Positions 18,910 through 29,235 of a DNA stretch of 32,000 bases are shown here, one piece after another. The stretch is from Candidatus Helarchaeota ASGARD archaeon Hel_GB_B. GTDB lineage: Archaea > Asgardarchaeota > Lokiarchaeia > Helarchaeales > HEL-GB-B. Below the pieces are notes generated by a model. That model did not search any database. It saw nothing but the letters and a program-made list of their open reading frames with translations, and had not been told where the DNA came from. Position 1 is the stretch's first letter. Each line of letters begins with the position of its first letter. A program made the translations under genes and the position numbers. Where the stretch lies: the NCBI GenBank assembly GCA_005191425.1, contig SUPR01000002.1:30001-62000 (forward strand), in the 5' to 3' direction.

Positions 18910-19956
18910 ATGAGCGAAGCCTTGAAAAATTTTAGAGAATTTCGCGGAGTATGGATTGCGAGAATAGCTTCAATTCCGACTTTATGCTTTTCATTTTTAG
19001 TTTTAATTTTAGGTCCCGCAGGAATAGCAAATGGCTATGTTGGTGGGATCGAATGGGCTACCCAGTACTCTCACAACTTTGTTCTTGGTGATAATATTGT
19101 CCATAATTTATCTTTTGCATATTTAATTTCAGTTGGTATTATAATCTGTGGTCTGATTGCATTTATTGTTCCATGGTTCAGAGGAAAAACTGGTCTAAGA
19201 ATTAGCGGATTTATTACTGGATTTATTTCTATCATATTAATTATTTTATACATTTTATATTTATCTTTTATAAATCAAGTAAATTTTGCGGTTCGAAATG
19301 ACCCTGACGCAGGGGCTACAATTATTAATGCATATAGCATTAGTGGTTTGATATGGAATATTGTTTATGGATTATGGATTACTGGCTTAACTTTTTCGTT
19401 TTTATTTTTTATTAGCGCAGGATATTTAATAAATGCCAGTCCTATTCCATTTGCAAAATTTAGAGCCAAAAGAATGAAAATATTGACAAGAGCAGATGCA
19501 GCGGAACGAGCTGGAAAACCAAAAGAAGCTATTACTCTTTATAAAATTGCAGGGGATTTATCTATGAAACTCAGGGAAGAAGATAAAGCGACAGAATATT
19601 ATCAGAAATCTAGGGAGATCGAAGAAACTGAAATTATCGCAGTTTTAGAACGTGAAGAAGAGATAAAAAGAAAAGAACTTGCAGAACGAAGAGCAAAATT
19701 AGAAGAAGAAAGAAAAGAAATTCTGGTTAGAGCAGATCAAGCAGAAGAAAAAAAGCAGTATTTGCGAGCGTCCACACTTTATCGTGATGCTGCCGAAAAA
19801 AGTGTTGATTTAGGTGAAAAAAAGTTAGCAGCTCAATTTACAGCTAAAGCAAAAGAACTAAAAAGAAAAGCAATGAAAATTAAGAAAGAAAAAGAAAAAG
19901 CAGAAAAGGAAGAAAAAGCAGAAAAAGAAGAAAAAGCAGAAAAAGAATCAGAATAA
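18910..19956 (+). CDS. Hypothetical 4-TM membrane protein with a cytoplasmic helical-repeat/coiled-coil tail
   Basis: Four hydrophobic segments in the N-terminal half; two similar helical-hairpin repeats (ILTRADAAE..LYK.AG..; ILVRADQAE..LYRDAA..) and a charged tail. Confidence 0.85.
   Translation: MSEALKNFREFRGVWIARIASIPTLCFSFLVLILGPAGIANGYVGGIEWATQYSHNFVLGDNIVHNLSFAYLISVGIIICGLIAFIVPWFRGKTGLRISGFITGFISIILIILYILYLSFINQVNFAVRNDPDAGATIINAYSISGLIWNIVYGLWITGLTFSFLFFISAGYLINASPIPFAKFRAKRMKILTRADAAERAGKPKEAITLYKIAGDLSMKLREEDKATEYYQKSREIEETEIIAVLEREEEIKRKELAERRAKLEEERKEILVRADQAEEKKQYLRASTLYRDAAEKSVDLGEKKLAAQFTAKAKELKRKAMKIKKEKEKAEKEEKAEKEEKAEKESE
19894..19947 (+). repeat. Intragenic 18-bp tandem repeat x3 (EKAEKE)
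   Basis: GAAAAAGCAGAAAA(G/A)GAA occurs three times just before the stop. Confidence 0.9.
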
Positions 19957-20034
19957 AAAGTAAATTGGTAATTCAATTTTCTTTAATTCACATCTTTTAT
20001 TTTATTTGGATTTTATGTAAAATTTCTATTTTTG

Positions 20035-21396
20035 TTAATAATTTAGTGGATCTGTTTTCATAAATTCTCGTAATAAAATAGTTGCATATGTTCCTTTTTG
20101 AATTGAAAAACTTGTTAAGATATTAATCAGATCATTTTTGTTATCTGAATTATTTAACAATTTAAATTTCAATGCTTTTGGAAATACCAAAAATGGCCTA
20201 TATACCCCCTTAATTATTATTTCATAGTTACTCCATGATAAAAGCTCATCAATCTTAACTTTCTCTCTTAGTATAATTTTTTTAACATATTTATTATTCA
20301 TTATTATATTGAGAAATGGTAAGTTCTTTCCCAGTAATGGAATTCCTAATACGGCTTTTTTCTTTTTAATTAAATTATTCAATATGTCAAGATTTCTATT
20401 ATCAACTATTACGATTTTATTGCTTGGAAGTTTTAAGTTATCCAATATGATAACACTATCTCCAATTTCTATTTTTTTACCAATATCCTTAACCCTAGAA
20501 CTTAACATTTTATTAAATAAATATCCTTGATAAGCATGGACAAACAATTCAATTAAATTTCTGCCAAATACGGACAACATTATATTTTCATAATCAAGGT
20601 TTGTCTCTATTATTTTTTTAATAATTTCTTTTTCATAATCAAATTTTTGAGGCAAATAATTTAATATTTTTATATCTATATTCGGCCAGTCTTTATTAAT
20701 CGATTTTCTAATTTTCTCTGTCTGAATATCTTCATATTTTGATCTTATTGTCAAATATTTTTTTAAGGCTGTTTCATAATTGTTCATGATTATTTCTTTA
20801 CCAATTAAATGTGAAATTTGTCTTATTGTGCCAAAACGTTGATATCCAAAATAATTTAATAGACCATCTTTATTGACCTGCCCTTGAATTGAGAAAATCA
20901 CTTTTTTGCATTTATTCCATGGTAAATGAACATTTCTTATAATTATTTCAAAATGATTCCCCCAGTGTTCATTCTCCCAAAAATCTTTTTCTTTTTTAAA
21001 ATTAAATAAAATTAAATTATCGTCTTGAAAATCTGTCAATAAATGTAAAGAATTGCATTTAACACAAATTTTTTGGACTGAAATTCCCCGTTTATCTTTC
21101 AACCCATTATAATAAAAATTATTTATATCTATACCCGTTTTTAACGAAATTCTTTTAATGGCTTCAAATGTTGACAACCCACATTTTTGTAAATTAAAGC
21201 TAATAAATTCTAATTTCTTATCGAATAAATATGAATAATCCTTATGACCTCTAAAAAATTCTAACCTTTTATTATTAATTTCGATTTCAGAAACCTTGAA
21301 ATCAGAATTTTTTATTCTTAAATTTCCACCAATTCCTTTTCCCTTTGTAGAATATACTTCTAATCCAATCTGTTTGTCAATTTTGAAAATTTTCAT
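20035..21396 (-). CDS. truD: tRNA pseudouridine(13) synthase TruD
   Basis: GIGG..DFKVSEI, GLKDKRGISVQ (catalytic Asp), GNHFEIIIR, NYFGYQRFG, GTYATILLREFMK. Confidence 0.95.
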   Translation of the reverse strand: MKIFKIDKQIGLEVYSTKGKGIGGNLRIKNSDFKVSEIEINNKRLEFFRGHKDYSYLFDKKLEFISFNLQKCGLSTFEAIKRISLKTGIDINNFYYNGLKDKRGISVQKICVKCNSLHLLTDFQDDNLILFNFKKEKDFWENEHWGNHFEIIIRNVHLPWNKCKKVIFSIQGQVNKDGLLNYFGYQRFGTIRQISHLIGKEIIMNNYETALKKYLTIRSKYEDIQTEKIRKSINKDWPNIDIKILNYLPQKFDYEKEIIKKIIETNLDYENIMLSVFGRNLIELFVHAYQGYLFNKMLSSRVKDIGKKIEIGDSVIILDNLKLPSNKIVIVDNRNLDILNNLIKKKKAVLGIPLLGKNLPFLNIIMNNKYVKKIILREKVKIDELLSWSNYEIIIKGVYRPFLVFPKALKFKLLNNSDNKNDLINILTSFSIQKGTYATILLREFMKTDPLNY

Positions 21397-21505
21397 TGAT
21401 ATCCGTTATACCTTTCTTATTTTTTAGTGTTCAAAAAAATTAATAACATACAATTTGAATTTTATATTCCTTATTAATGATTATACTCATATAAAAAAAG
21501 TCATA

Positions 21506-21883
21506 ATGAACAAAATGGTTAATGAAATTTTTAAATTTAAACAAGTAATAATCGTTAGGACTGACTTGCCAATGAAAAAGGGAAAAATTGCAGCTCAAGT
21601 CGCACATGCTGCAGTTTCTGCTATGCTACAAACTAAAAAAATCAAAAATAAATGGGTAAAGCGATGGCTAGATGAGGGGCAAAAAAAAGTAATTTTAAAA
21701 GTCAAATCTGAAGAGGAAATTCTTGAAATAAAAAATTTGATTAATGACAAAAATTTACCTTTTGCATTAATTCGCGATAAAGGTCTTACACAAATCCCTC
21801 CAGGAAGTATTACGGCTTTAGGAATTGGTCCTTGTCCAAATGAATTAATTGACCCAATAACTAGAAAATTGCCATTATTATAG
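21506..21883 (+). CDS. pth2: Peptidyl-tRNA hydrolase Pth2
   Basis: KQVIIVRTDL.M.KGKIAAQVAHA, W..EGQKKVILKV, IRD.GLTQI..G..TALGIGP. ATG 21506 (or 21515) is preferred over TTG 21455. Confidence 0.95.
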   Translation: MNKMVNEIFKFKQVIIVRTDLPMKKGKIAAQVAHAAVSAMLQTKKIKNKWVKRWLDEGQKKVILKVKSEEEILEIKNLINDKNLPFALIRDKGLTQIPPGSITALGIGPCPNELIDPITRKLPLL

Positions 21884-21898
21884 TGAAGTGAAACAAAA

Positions 21899-22381
21899 TT
21901 GAGCAATAAAAAGATATTAATAATGGGAGTTGGAAATCACATCCTTACTGATGATGGATTTGGAGTTCATGTAGCTAATCAACTACTAAAACTACAAGAT
22001 AACGGCAAAATTGATAGTTCAATTGAAATTATTGATGGTGGTGCAGCGGGTATTGACATCTTATATTACCTGGAAAATCAAGATATTGCTATCTTCATTG
22101 ATTCAATAATTGGTGGAAAAGAACCAGGATATGTTTATAACATAACATTAGATGATTTGAAAATTTTCAAGGAAGTAAAAGTAACCAGTTTGCATGATTT
22201 AGAATTAACTTCTGTTCTAAAAATAGCAAAAGAAGTTAATAAATTACCAAAAAAAATCTATTTAATTGGCATTGAACCATTAGACTATACAAAAATTTCA
22301 ATGGAATTAACTCCAAAAATTAAAGAGAAAATACCTAAAGTAATTGAAATTATATTGGATATTATTCAGAAACAATCCTAA
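21899..22381 (+). CDS. Hydrogenase maturation protease (HyaD/HybD family)
   Basis: ILIMGVGN.ILTDDGFG, IIDGG, IFIDS, SLHD, IGIEP motifs; TTG start. Confidence 0.92.
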   Translation: MSNKKILIMGVGNHILTDDGFGVHVANQLLKLQDNGKIDSSIEIIDGGAAGIDILYYLENQDIAIFIDSIIGGKEPGYVYNITLDDLKIFKEVKVTSLHDLELTSVLKIAKEVNKLPKKIYLIGIEPLDYTKISMELTPKIKEKIPKVIEIILDIIQKQS

Positions 22382-22871
22382 TATGTGTTCCAGTTAATGA
22401 ATATATAATGTCCTCTAAGATATTAATATCAATAGGGATTCTATTAATATCTTTTTCCGATACTCTTGCTTTATTTTCAATTTCTCCGGTAGGTAAATAT
22501 ATTTGATTAATTCCTAAAACAGGGATCGGGGCTATTAAATCTTCAAGAATCTTTTTAGGACTTTTTGATTTTTCTATTACTCTAAAATTTTTATTAAATT
22601 TCTCTTGTAAAATTTTTTTTGTCTTTCCATAATTACCTATAATGTGATTTATTTCTCCTTTTCCTACTATCAAGATTACGAGGTCTTCCTTTTCAATAGC
22701 TTTATAAAAGCTGACCCTCTTCAAAGCAGGAAATTGCTTTTCAAGGTCTAGTAATGTCCGGGATAAATCAATTTCTAATTGTGTTACTTCTCCATTTCTT
22801 AATTTAGTTTCACACGATGAACATAGTACGCCTGTCTTAGCACATACCTTACAAATCGGTATTTTTCGCAT
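22362..22871 (-). CDS. Archaeal NusA-like KH-domain protein with an N-terminal zinc ribbon
   Basis: PICKVCAKTGVLCSSC, IIGNYGK..K.LQEKFNKNFRVIE KH-like segment. Confidence 0.85.
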   Translation of the reverse strand: MRKIPICKVCAKTGVLCSSCETKLRNGEVTQLEIDLSRTLLDLEKQFPALKRVSFYKAIEKEDLVILIVGKGEINHIIGNYGKTKKILQEKFNKNFRVIEKSKSPKKILEDLIAPIPVLGINQIYLPTGEIENKARVSEKDINRIPIDINILEDIIYSLTGTHIRIVSE

Positions 22872-23409
22872 TATTTATTTTCTCCATATTACTTGAAGCT
22901 ATTTTTAATTTCATTATTAATTAAATTAAATTTGAATTATAATAACTATTTATTAAAATTAAATTCTTATTATTATTTCAAAATAAAGTATTTCAATTTT
23001 TTTCATTATAATATCTTTTAATAATTTTAATGTCAATTAAATTTTCAGATTAATTAAAATAAAAGGTACCAAATTATAACTAAATTGAAATAATTAAAGG
23101 GAAATTACCAAACATTCTAAAGAAATTTAAGATTATTTTTATTATTAAATAGATATATTTTTTAAATTATAAAGTATTCCATTTAATAAATATTTTAAAT
23201 AATTATTTCATTATGAAATTTCGAGATTAATTATAAAAAATAAAAAATTTCATTTAATTTCTTTATGTTTTTCCTTAATTTCAACTTAAATTAAAATATC
23301 TATTGATATCTTTACAAATTTTCATTTTTTCGATAAACTTTATTAATTTATTTAATCTTATTCCGAATTGAATGAAAAAAATTTCATTAAATAAAAATGG
23401 TATTTTATA

Positions 23410-23934
23410 ATGCGCTCAAGAAAAAGTATTAAATTGGAAAGAGATATTTCAAATTGGCTTAAGGATATTCAAGAGATAAAAGAAATTTTTCAAAAAAAAT
23501 CAAAAACGATCATTGAATATATTGAGCGAATAGTTGATTTAAATAAAAATAAAGATGAAAAGATTTTTCTAATGACTGGTCTAGAAGATGCGATCTACGT
23601 TCTCGAAAATAAAACATTTGAAAAGTTAAATAACATTTTAGAAGATATACTTGGAAATGAACTTGATGAAAATAAAGAAATTATAAAAATGTTCAATTAT
23701 TTAAAAAATTTCAAGAATGAATTAGCATCTATTCAGATATCGACAAAAAACTTCCTAAAAATCTATAATTTAAACAATGATAATACTGAAATCTTATCCA
23801 ATTTCATTTCAAGTATTAAAAAATCAAAGGATAGTTATGAAACAATTTTATCACAAATGAATGAATCATTTTCTAATGTAATAAATTATCTAAACAAACA
23901 ATATCAATTTTCTCGTCAAGTTGACATAATTTAA
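23410..23934 (+). CDS. Hypothetical helical/coiled-coil protein
   Basis: 174-aa open frame in very AT-rich DNA with amphipathic helical composition; no family recognised. Confidence 0.65.
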   Translation: MRSRKSIKLERDISNWLKDIQEIKEIFQKKSKTIIEYIERIVDLNKNKDEKIFLMTGLEDAIYVLENKTFEKLNNILEDILGNELDENKEIIKMFNYLKNFKNELASIQISTKNFLKIYNLNNDNTEILSNFISSIKKSKDSYETILSQMNESFSNVINYLNKQYQFSRQVDII

Positions 23935-24022
23935 TCTTTTAATTTTTTATTTCATTTAGTAATTAAATTCAATTTTTAATTATAAAATTATTTTAAATAT
24001 TTACTATTATAAATAATAGATA

Positions 24023-26323
24023 ATGGAAAATAGAACAAAAAAATATTTTAATCATAAATTACTTAAGAAGGACAAAATAGAATATAGAGCATATCAAGAA
24101 GCTATAATGGGGGCATGTGCAAACAAAAATAGTCTTGTAGTCCTACCTACTGGACTGGGAAAAACTATTATTGCAATTTTAATATGTATTGTTAGGTTAC
24201 ATAAATATCCTGGTTCTCAAATAATTTTTCTTGCCCCTACTAAACCATTGATTCAACAACATTATCAAACTTTTAAAGAGTTATCAAATTTTAATGAAGA
24301 CCAAATGGTATTGATAACTGGAGCAATTTCACCTGAAAAAAGAGTTAATTTATATAAAACAGGTCAGTTTTTTTTTATTACACCTCAAACTTTACAAAAT
24401 GATATTATTAATTCGAGAATTGACCTTTCCAATGTTTCTCTTATTGTTTTCGATGAAGCGCACCGAGCTATTGGTAATTATGCTTATGTTTTAATAGCCG
24501 AAAAATACATAACAAATGCTAAATTTCCCCAAATTTTAGCAATAACCGCATCTCCTGGCTCAATTAAAGAAAAAATACTTGAAATAATTGAAAATTTACA
24601 TATTAAAAAAATTGAAGTTAGAACTGAAGATAGTCCTGATGTTAAACCTTTTATTCAACCAATTGAATTAAAATGGCTAAGAATTGATCTGCCTAAGGAA
24701 TTTAACGAAATTAAGAACATTCTAGAAACTAAATTAAAAGAATGTTTATTAATTCTAAAGAAAAATGCATTGATAAATAGTATAAATATTTCCTCTATAA
24801 ATAGAACTGATTTAATTAAATTACAAAAATCATTACCTCGTAAAATTCAAGAGGCTAATGAAAATAAACAAGAACTTTTTGAAAGTTTAAGAACAGTAGC
24901 AATAGCTATTAGATTTTCATATATGCTTGAATTACTTGAAACCCAAGGAATTTCATCTCTCTCCAGATATTTAGATAAACTTTATGAAGACTCTTCAAAA
25001 AAAGATTCATCAAGAACAATTAGGGATTTAATGTCACAACCATTTATGAATAAAATTAATCAAATTTCTAAAAATCTAATAAAAAAAGGAGTTGAACATC
25101 CTAAAATCCCTATACTTCAAGATTTACTTGAAAAACAATTTAGAAAAAAGCCTGAATCCCGCGTGATTATCTTTTGCCATTTCAGAGTTACCACTAAAAC
25201 ATTAGAAAAAATATTTCAAGATAATCCTATAATTAAAGCTGCGAGATTTGTAGGCCAACAAACTAAAACTGGTGATAAAGGGCTCTCTCAAAAAGACCAA
25301 ATTATAATCTTGGACAACTTTAAATCTGGAATATATAATACCTTAATAGCTACATCTGTAGCTGAGGAAGGATTAGATATTGCTGAATGTGATATGATCA
25401 TATTTTATGACACCGTTCCTAGCGCTATTAGAGATATTCAGCGCCGCGGTAGAACAGGAAGAAAAAAACCAGGTAAAGTAATCATTTTAACTGCAAAAAA
25501 TACTCGTGATGAAAGTTATTATTGGGTCTCTTATAGTAAAAAGAAAAAAATGAAATCATTACTTGATGATTTGATCGAAATTTCTCAAAAATTAGATGCA
25601 CAAGCAAAAAGTCATACTCAAACCTCAATCTCTGATTTTATTATAAAAAATAAGAAAAAAAATAATGAAAAACAAGATATTAAAATTCAGATAATTGTTG
25701 ATTCACGCGAATCTTCTTCCTCTATCTTGAAGCATCTTTCAAAAATGGGCGCTGATATAAAAATTGAAAAATTAGATATTGGCGATTATATTCTATCTGA
25801 CAAAGTTGCTATTGAAAGAAAAACGGTAAATGACCTCATCAATTCAATCATAGATTCACGATTATTCAAAGAATTAAAATCTTTAAAAAGCGTATATTTA
25901 AAGACATTCCTAGTTATTGAAGGCGAAATTATTTATGAATTTTCTAGAATCCGAAAAGAAGCGTTACAAGGCGCTATTGTTTCTGTTATGCTTGATTTCT
26001 ATGTACCAGTTATTTTTACAAAATCTCCCGAAGAAACAGCTGAATGGTTATATAAATTAGCTAAAAAAGAACAGATTAAAGGTAAAAAACCGCTCATTAG
26101 ACCTGATAAAACCCCTCTCTCATATAATATAAAAAGAATACAAGAATTTATTCTCGCAGGATTCCCCGATATTGACAGTAAACGCGCCCAAGATTTATTA
26201 AATTATTTTGGTAGTCTAGAAGAAATTTTTAATGCTCCTATTGAAGCATTAATGAATGTAAAAGGAATTGGTAAAAAAATTGCCAAACAAATAAAGGAAA
26301 TCTTAAAAGCCAAATATTTTTAA
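24023..26323 (+). CDS. hef: Hef (FANCM-like) DEAH helicase-ERCC4 nuclease
   Basis: YRAYQ, LPTGLGKT, DEAH, TSVAEEGLD, QRRGRTGR, then VDSRE, GDY, ERKT ERCC4 nuclease and HhH (GIGKK) domains. Confidence 0.95.
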   Translation: MENRTKKYFNHKLLKKDKIEYRAYQEAIMGACANKNSLVVLPTGLGKTIIAILICIVRLHKYPGSQIIFLAPTKPLIQQHYQTFKELSNFNEDQMVLITGAISPEKRVNLYKTGQFFFITPQTLQNDIINSRIDLSNVSLIVFDEAHRAIGNYAYVLIAEKYITNAKFPQILAITASPGSIKEKILEIIENLHIKKIEVRTEDSPDVKPFIQPIELKWLRIDLPKEFNEIKNILETKLKECLLILKKNALINSINISSINRTDLIKLQKSLPRKIQEANENKQELFESLRTVAIAIRFSYMLELLETQGISSLSRYLDKLYEDSSKKDSSRTIRDLMSQPFMNKINQISKNLIKKGVEHPKIPILQDLLEKQFRKKPESRVIIFCHFRVTTKTLEKIFQDNPIIKAARFVGQQTKTGDKGLSQKDQIIILDNFKSGIYNTLIATSVAEEGLDIAECDMIIFYDTVPSAIRDIQRRGRTGRKKPGKVIILTAKNTRDESYYWVSYSKKKKMKSLLDDLIEISQKLDAQAKSHTQTSISDFIIKNKKKNNEKQDIKIQIIVDSRESSSSILKHLSKMGADIKIEKLDIGDYILSDKVAIERKTVNDLINSIIDSRLFKELKSLKSVYLKTFLVIEGEIIYEFSRIRKEALQGAIVSVMLDFYVPVIFTKSPEETAEWLYKLAKKEQIKGKKPLIRPDKTPLSYNIKRIQEFILAGFPDIDSKRAQDLLNYFGSLEEIFNAPIEALMNVKGIGKKIAKQIKEILKAKYF

Positions 26324-26477
26324 TCTATAATTAAAATGTTTAGAATTGATACATTTTCAAATTATATTAAAAATTATTAATTGGTTTAAAGTAATAAAAT
26401 TTAAATAACTTTATTTAATAGATTCAACCTCAATAATTAATTTTAATTTAATAAAAACTTAAATCGTGTGGACAATT

Positions 26478-26639
26478 ATGCCAATTTCAGATCCTATTAA
26501 AAAGCAAATAGCAGTTAAAAGCCTTCTATTTGTAAAAATTTGTCGAAAATGCTATGCAAGAAATCCAGTTAGTGCTAAAAAATGTAGAAGATGTAAATCT
26601 AAACAACTAAGATACAAAAAGAGGGAAAAATCGAAATAA
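26478..26639 (+). CDS. rpl40e: 50S ribosomal protein L40e (missed by ORF track)
   Basis: Manual translation: MPISDPIKKQIAVKSLLFVKICRKCYARNPVSAKKCRRCKSKQLRYKKREKSK (53 aa). Confidence 0.96.
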   Translation: MPISDPIKKQIAVKSLLFVKICRKCYARNPVSAKKCRRCKSKQLRYKKREKSK

Positions 26640-26708
26640 TTTTTTAGTCAAGGACTTTTTATTATTAATTTTAAAAGAGTTATTATCTGCTTCTTAAATC
26701 TTAAAAAA

Positions 26709-28454
26709 TTATAAAATTGAGCCACATTCCGGACAAATTCGTGCAAATAAGGTTATAGGCGCCTTACAATGTGGACAAACTTTTAAAGGCTTTTTACATT
26801 CAGGACAAATTTTCTCCATCATAAAAACCACACTTTTACAATGTGGACAAATAGCCTTAGCACCAATTATAGTTGGTTTAGTTGGCTTTTCTTCCAATTC
26901 AGTTTTTTCAATTTCTTTAATTTTTAAATAATCATCTAGGCTAGATTCTTCAATTGTTTTTTGCTCGTCAATAGATTTTAACTCTTCTTGCTCTTTTTGC
27001 GAATCTGTTGACACAGCTTGTTGTTTTTCTTCAGTTTTAGCTAGAACATCTGTTAATTTTGATAGTGTTTCATCTAATGGCTTTATTGTTTCATTTACTT
27101 GTTCTTGTACTTCTGCTTTTGGAATTTCTTTTTCTTCAGTAATTGGCATGGCTATTGGCATTTCTGGCGATTTTGTAACAATTGGCTCGGCTTTTTCTTG
27201 TGTTTCAATACCCATTAAATCACTTGCTTTTGCAGCTTCAAATTTCTCCGGCTGCTCTACTACTTCTGATTGTTCAATCGGTTCAGTCTCATTCATAATA
27301 TTCATTAAATCATTAAATAATTCTTCATTTACTTCTTCAGCTACCATCACTTCAACATCTGATCCACTCGCTGGTTTCATCGGTATATCCAAGACTTCTT
27401 GCTTAGAAATTTCTTCGGGGATAGGGGCTGCTTTTGGTGCGCTTGGAATTTCTTCGGGGATAGGGGCTGCTTTTGGTGCGCTTGGAATTTCTTCAAGAAT
27501 TGATGTAATATTTGATTTATGTGATTGTTCTGTTTCTGGTGTAATTGATGTGGTAGGTTGCACTAAAGGTGGGGGATTAGACAAAGGAACTTGATTTGTA
27601 GCAGATGGCGGAATAAAAGGCGAAATTGGATCTGTATTTTTTAATAAATTGTTTATATCATCATATATTTCATCCATTGTAGGCTGTTTTATAGTTATTG
27701 GTGGTACAACAGGGCTTGGGGCTTCAGGTGTCTTTGGTATCTCTTTTTCTGAAACTTTTAATTCAGCATGAGTAATTTTAGGAGCTTCTTTTTTAACAAC
27801 CTCCTCTTTTTTTGGTTCTTTTTTAGCTTGTTCTCCCTCCATTACAATAATTCTTTTTAATTTTATCCAACCTTTTTTCTGATATTTTTTAATTATTTCA
27901 TCGACTTTTAATCTTGGAAGATTTGTTTTTTCACAAATATCTTCTATTGTATTTTTACCATCAATTAAATGAATTACTTTTGCTTCAATCATAGAAAATT
28001 TCTTTCTTTCAATTCCATCCAATTTAATAGGTACTCTATATGCTGTCTTCTCAACTTGTTTAGATTTTCCTTTTTCTAATTTCATATCAATAAATTTGTC
28101 AATATAATCTGAATATTTGTGCATGCGGCCTTTAAATGCCAGTAATTGACCTACTGGGCCACTTTCTGAATAAAGGACTATCATAGCTTTTTCTGAAAGT
28201 TTAAAAAATCCGATATTTACACCTGAAAGAGGTAAGCTATGTTCTCCAACATCTAGGACGCTAAAATTTCCTGCGGCAAATGATTTTATAAAATCAGCAT
28301 ATTTTTCTTCAAGAACTGGATCAATATACTTCAAATTATTATTATTATCAATAATCCCGATTTGTATTGGGTTTGATAATAATTTTCTCATATCATTTGC
28401 GATTTTTTTTACAATATCTTCGAGTGAATTAATATTTTCGATTTCCTCGCTCAT
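26709..28454 (-). CDS. Multidomain hypothetical protein: N-terminal alpha/beta domain, winged helix, long acidic Pro-rich linker, C-terminal double zinc ribbon
   Basis: HLIDGKNTIEDICEKTNL..VDEIIKKYQKKGWI wHTH; CPHC..CPEC..CPHC..CPECG at the C-terminus; low-complexity middle. Confidence 0.85.
   Translation of the reverse strand: MSEEIENINSLEDIVKKIANDMRKLLSNPIQIGIIDNNNNLKYIDPVLEEKYADFIKSFAAGNFSVLDVGEHSLPLSGVNIGFFKLSEKAMIVLYSESGPVGQLLAFKGRMHKYSDYIDKFIDMKLEKGKSKQVEKTAYRVPIKLDGIERKKFSMIEAKVIHLIDGKNTIEDICEKTNLPRLKVDEIIKKYQKKGWIKLKRIIVMEGEQAKKEPKKEEVVKKEAPKITHAELKVSEKEIPKTPEAPSPVVPPITIKQPTMDEIYDDINNLLKNTDPISPFIPPSATNQVPLSNPPPLVQPTTSITPETEQSHKSNITSILEEIPSAPKAAPIPEEIPSAPKAAPIPEEISKQEVLDIPMKPASGSDVEVMVAEEVNEELFNDLMNIMNETEPIEQSEVVEQPEKFEAAKASDLMGIETQEKAEPIVTKSPEMPIAMPITEEKEIPKAEVQEQVNETIKPLDETLSKLTDVLAKTEEKQQAVSTDSQKEQEELKSIDEQKTIEESSLDDYLKIKEIEKTELEEKPTKPTIIGAKAICPHCKSVVFMMEKICPECKKPLKVCPHCKAPITLFARICPECGSIL
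27409..27494. repeat. Intragenic perfect 39-bp tandem duplication (EEIPSAPKAAPIP x2, plus a partial third copy)
   Basis: atttcttcggggataggggctgcttttggtgcgcttgga at 27409-27447 and 27448-27486, then atttcttc. Confidence 0.95.
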
Positions 28455-29235
28455 GTGATCACTGCCACCCTTTATTTTAATTTTTTTTGATCTATAATAT
28501 GTTTAAAATTTTAATAATTTTAATATTTACTTTTTTATACATTTAAAACTTTTTTAAAGACATAATGTTGTCTAAATAATTTAAATTAAATTTATTTCAC
28601 GATTTTTCAAATTTTTATAAATAAAAATTCATTAAGTCCATTCAAAATAAAACCAAAAAAACTCCTTTTTAATATTATTTTAGAATAGATTACTATTTGT
28701 TATATTTTAATATTGGAATTGATTTTTTAAATTCATTTTGAGATTTTCAATCAATAATAGCTATACTCATTCTCATTTTTAAAGTTTTTTTCCATTTATG
28801 TTTTTCATTGTTATTTCAAAACCAATTAATTTTAATAAATACAATTAGAAATATAATCAATTTGGTCAATAATAACATATAAAATAATCTATTACAAATC
28901 AAAAAAGTTCTTTTTTAGATAATCTTGGAATTAAAATGATATATTGTAAAAAAGTTTGTTCTAAAATATGATATTTTTTGAAAAATAAATTTTAAAATAT
29001 AAAAATCTATTAAATATATTAAAACTATTATGTATCTGCTACATTTTTAAGGATCTATGATCAAATGTTTTTAATTTTAATTGAATAAATTATAAAATCT
29101 ATAAAAATAGGTAATTTTTAGTAATGATTTTCTAGAATTTAATAGTTTGAAATAAAAAAATTTAAGAATTTGTTTTTTAAAATAAAATATACTATTAAAA
29201 TTGATTGATACGTCAAAATTATAAAAAGTTTTATA

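Noticed and set aside
27409-27494. Tandem repeat as a CRISPR array or mobile-element end
   Set aside because: The copies are adjacent with no spacers and are in frame within a coding linker.
28455-29235. Long AT-rich intergenic regions (also 22872-23409, 2064-2537, 6276-6651) as replication origin, ncRNA or hidden genes
   Set aside because: I saw no ORB-like repeats, no adjacent cdc6/orc1, no GC-rich structured segment and no credible ORF. They are consistent with promoter regions.
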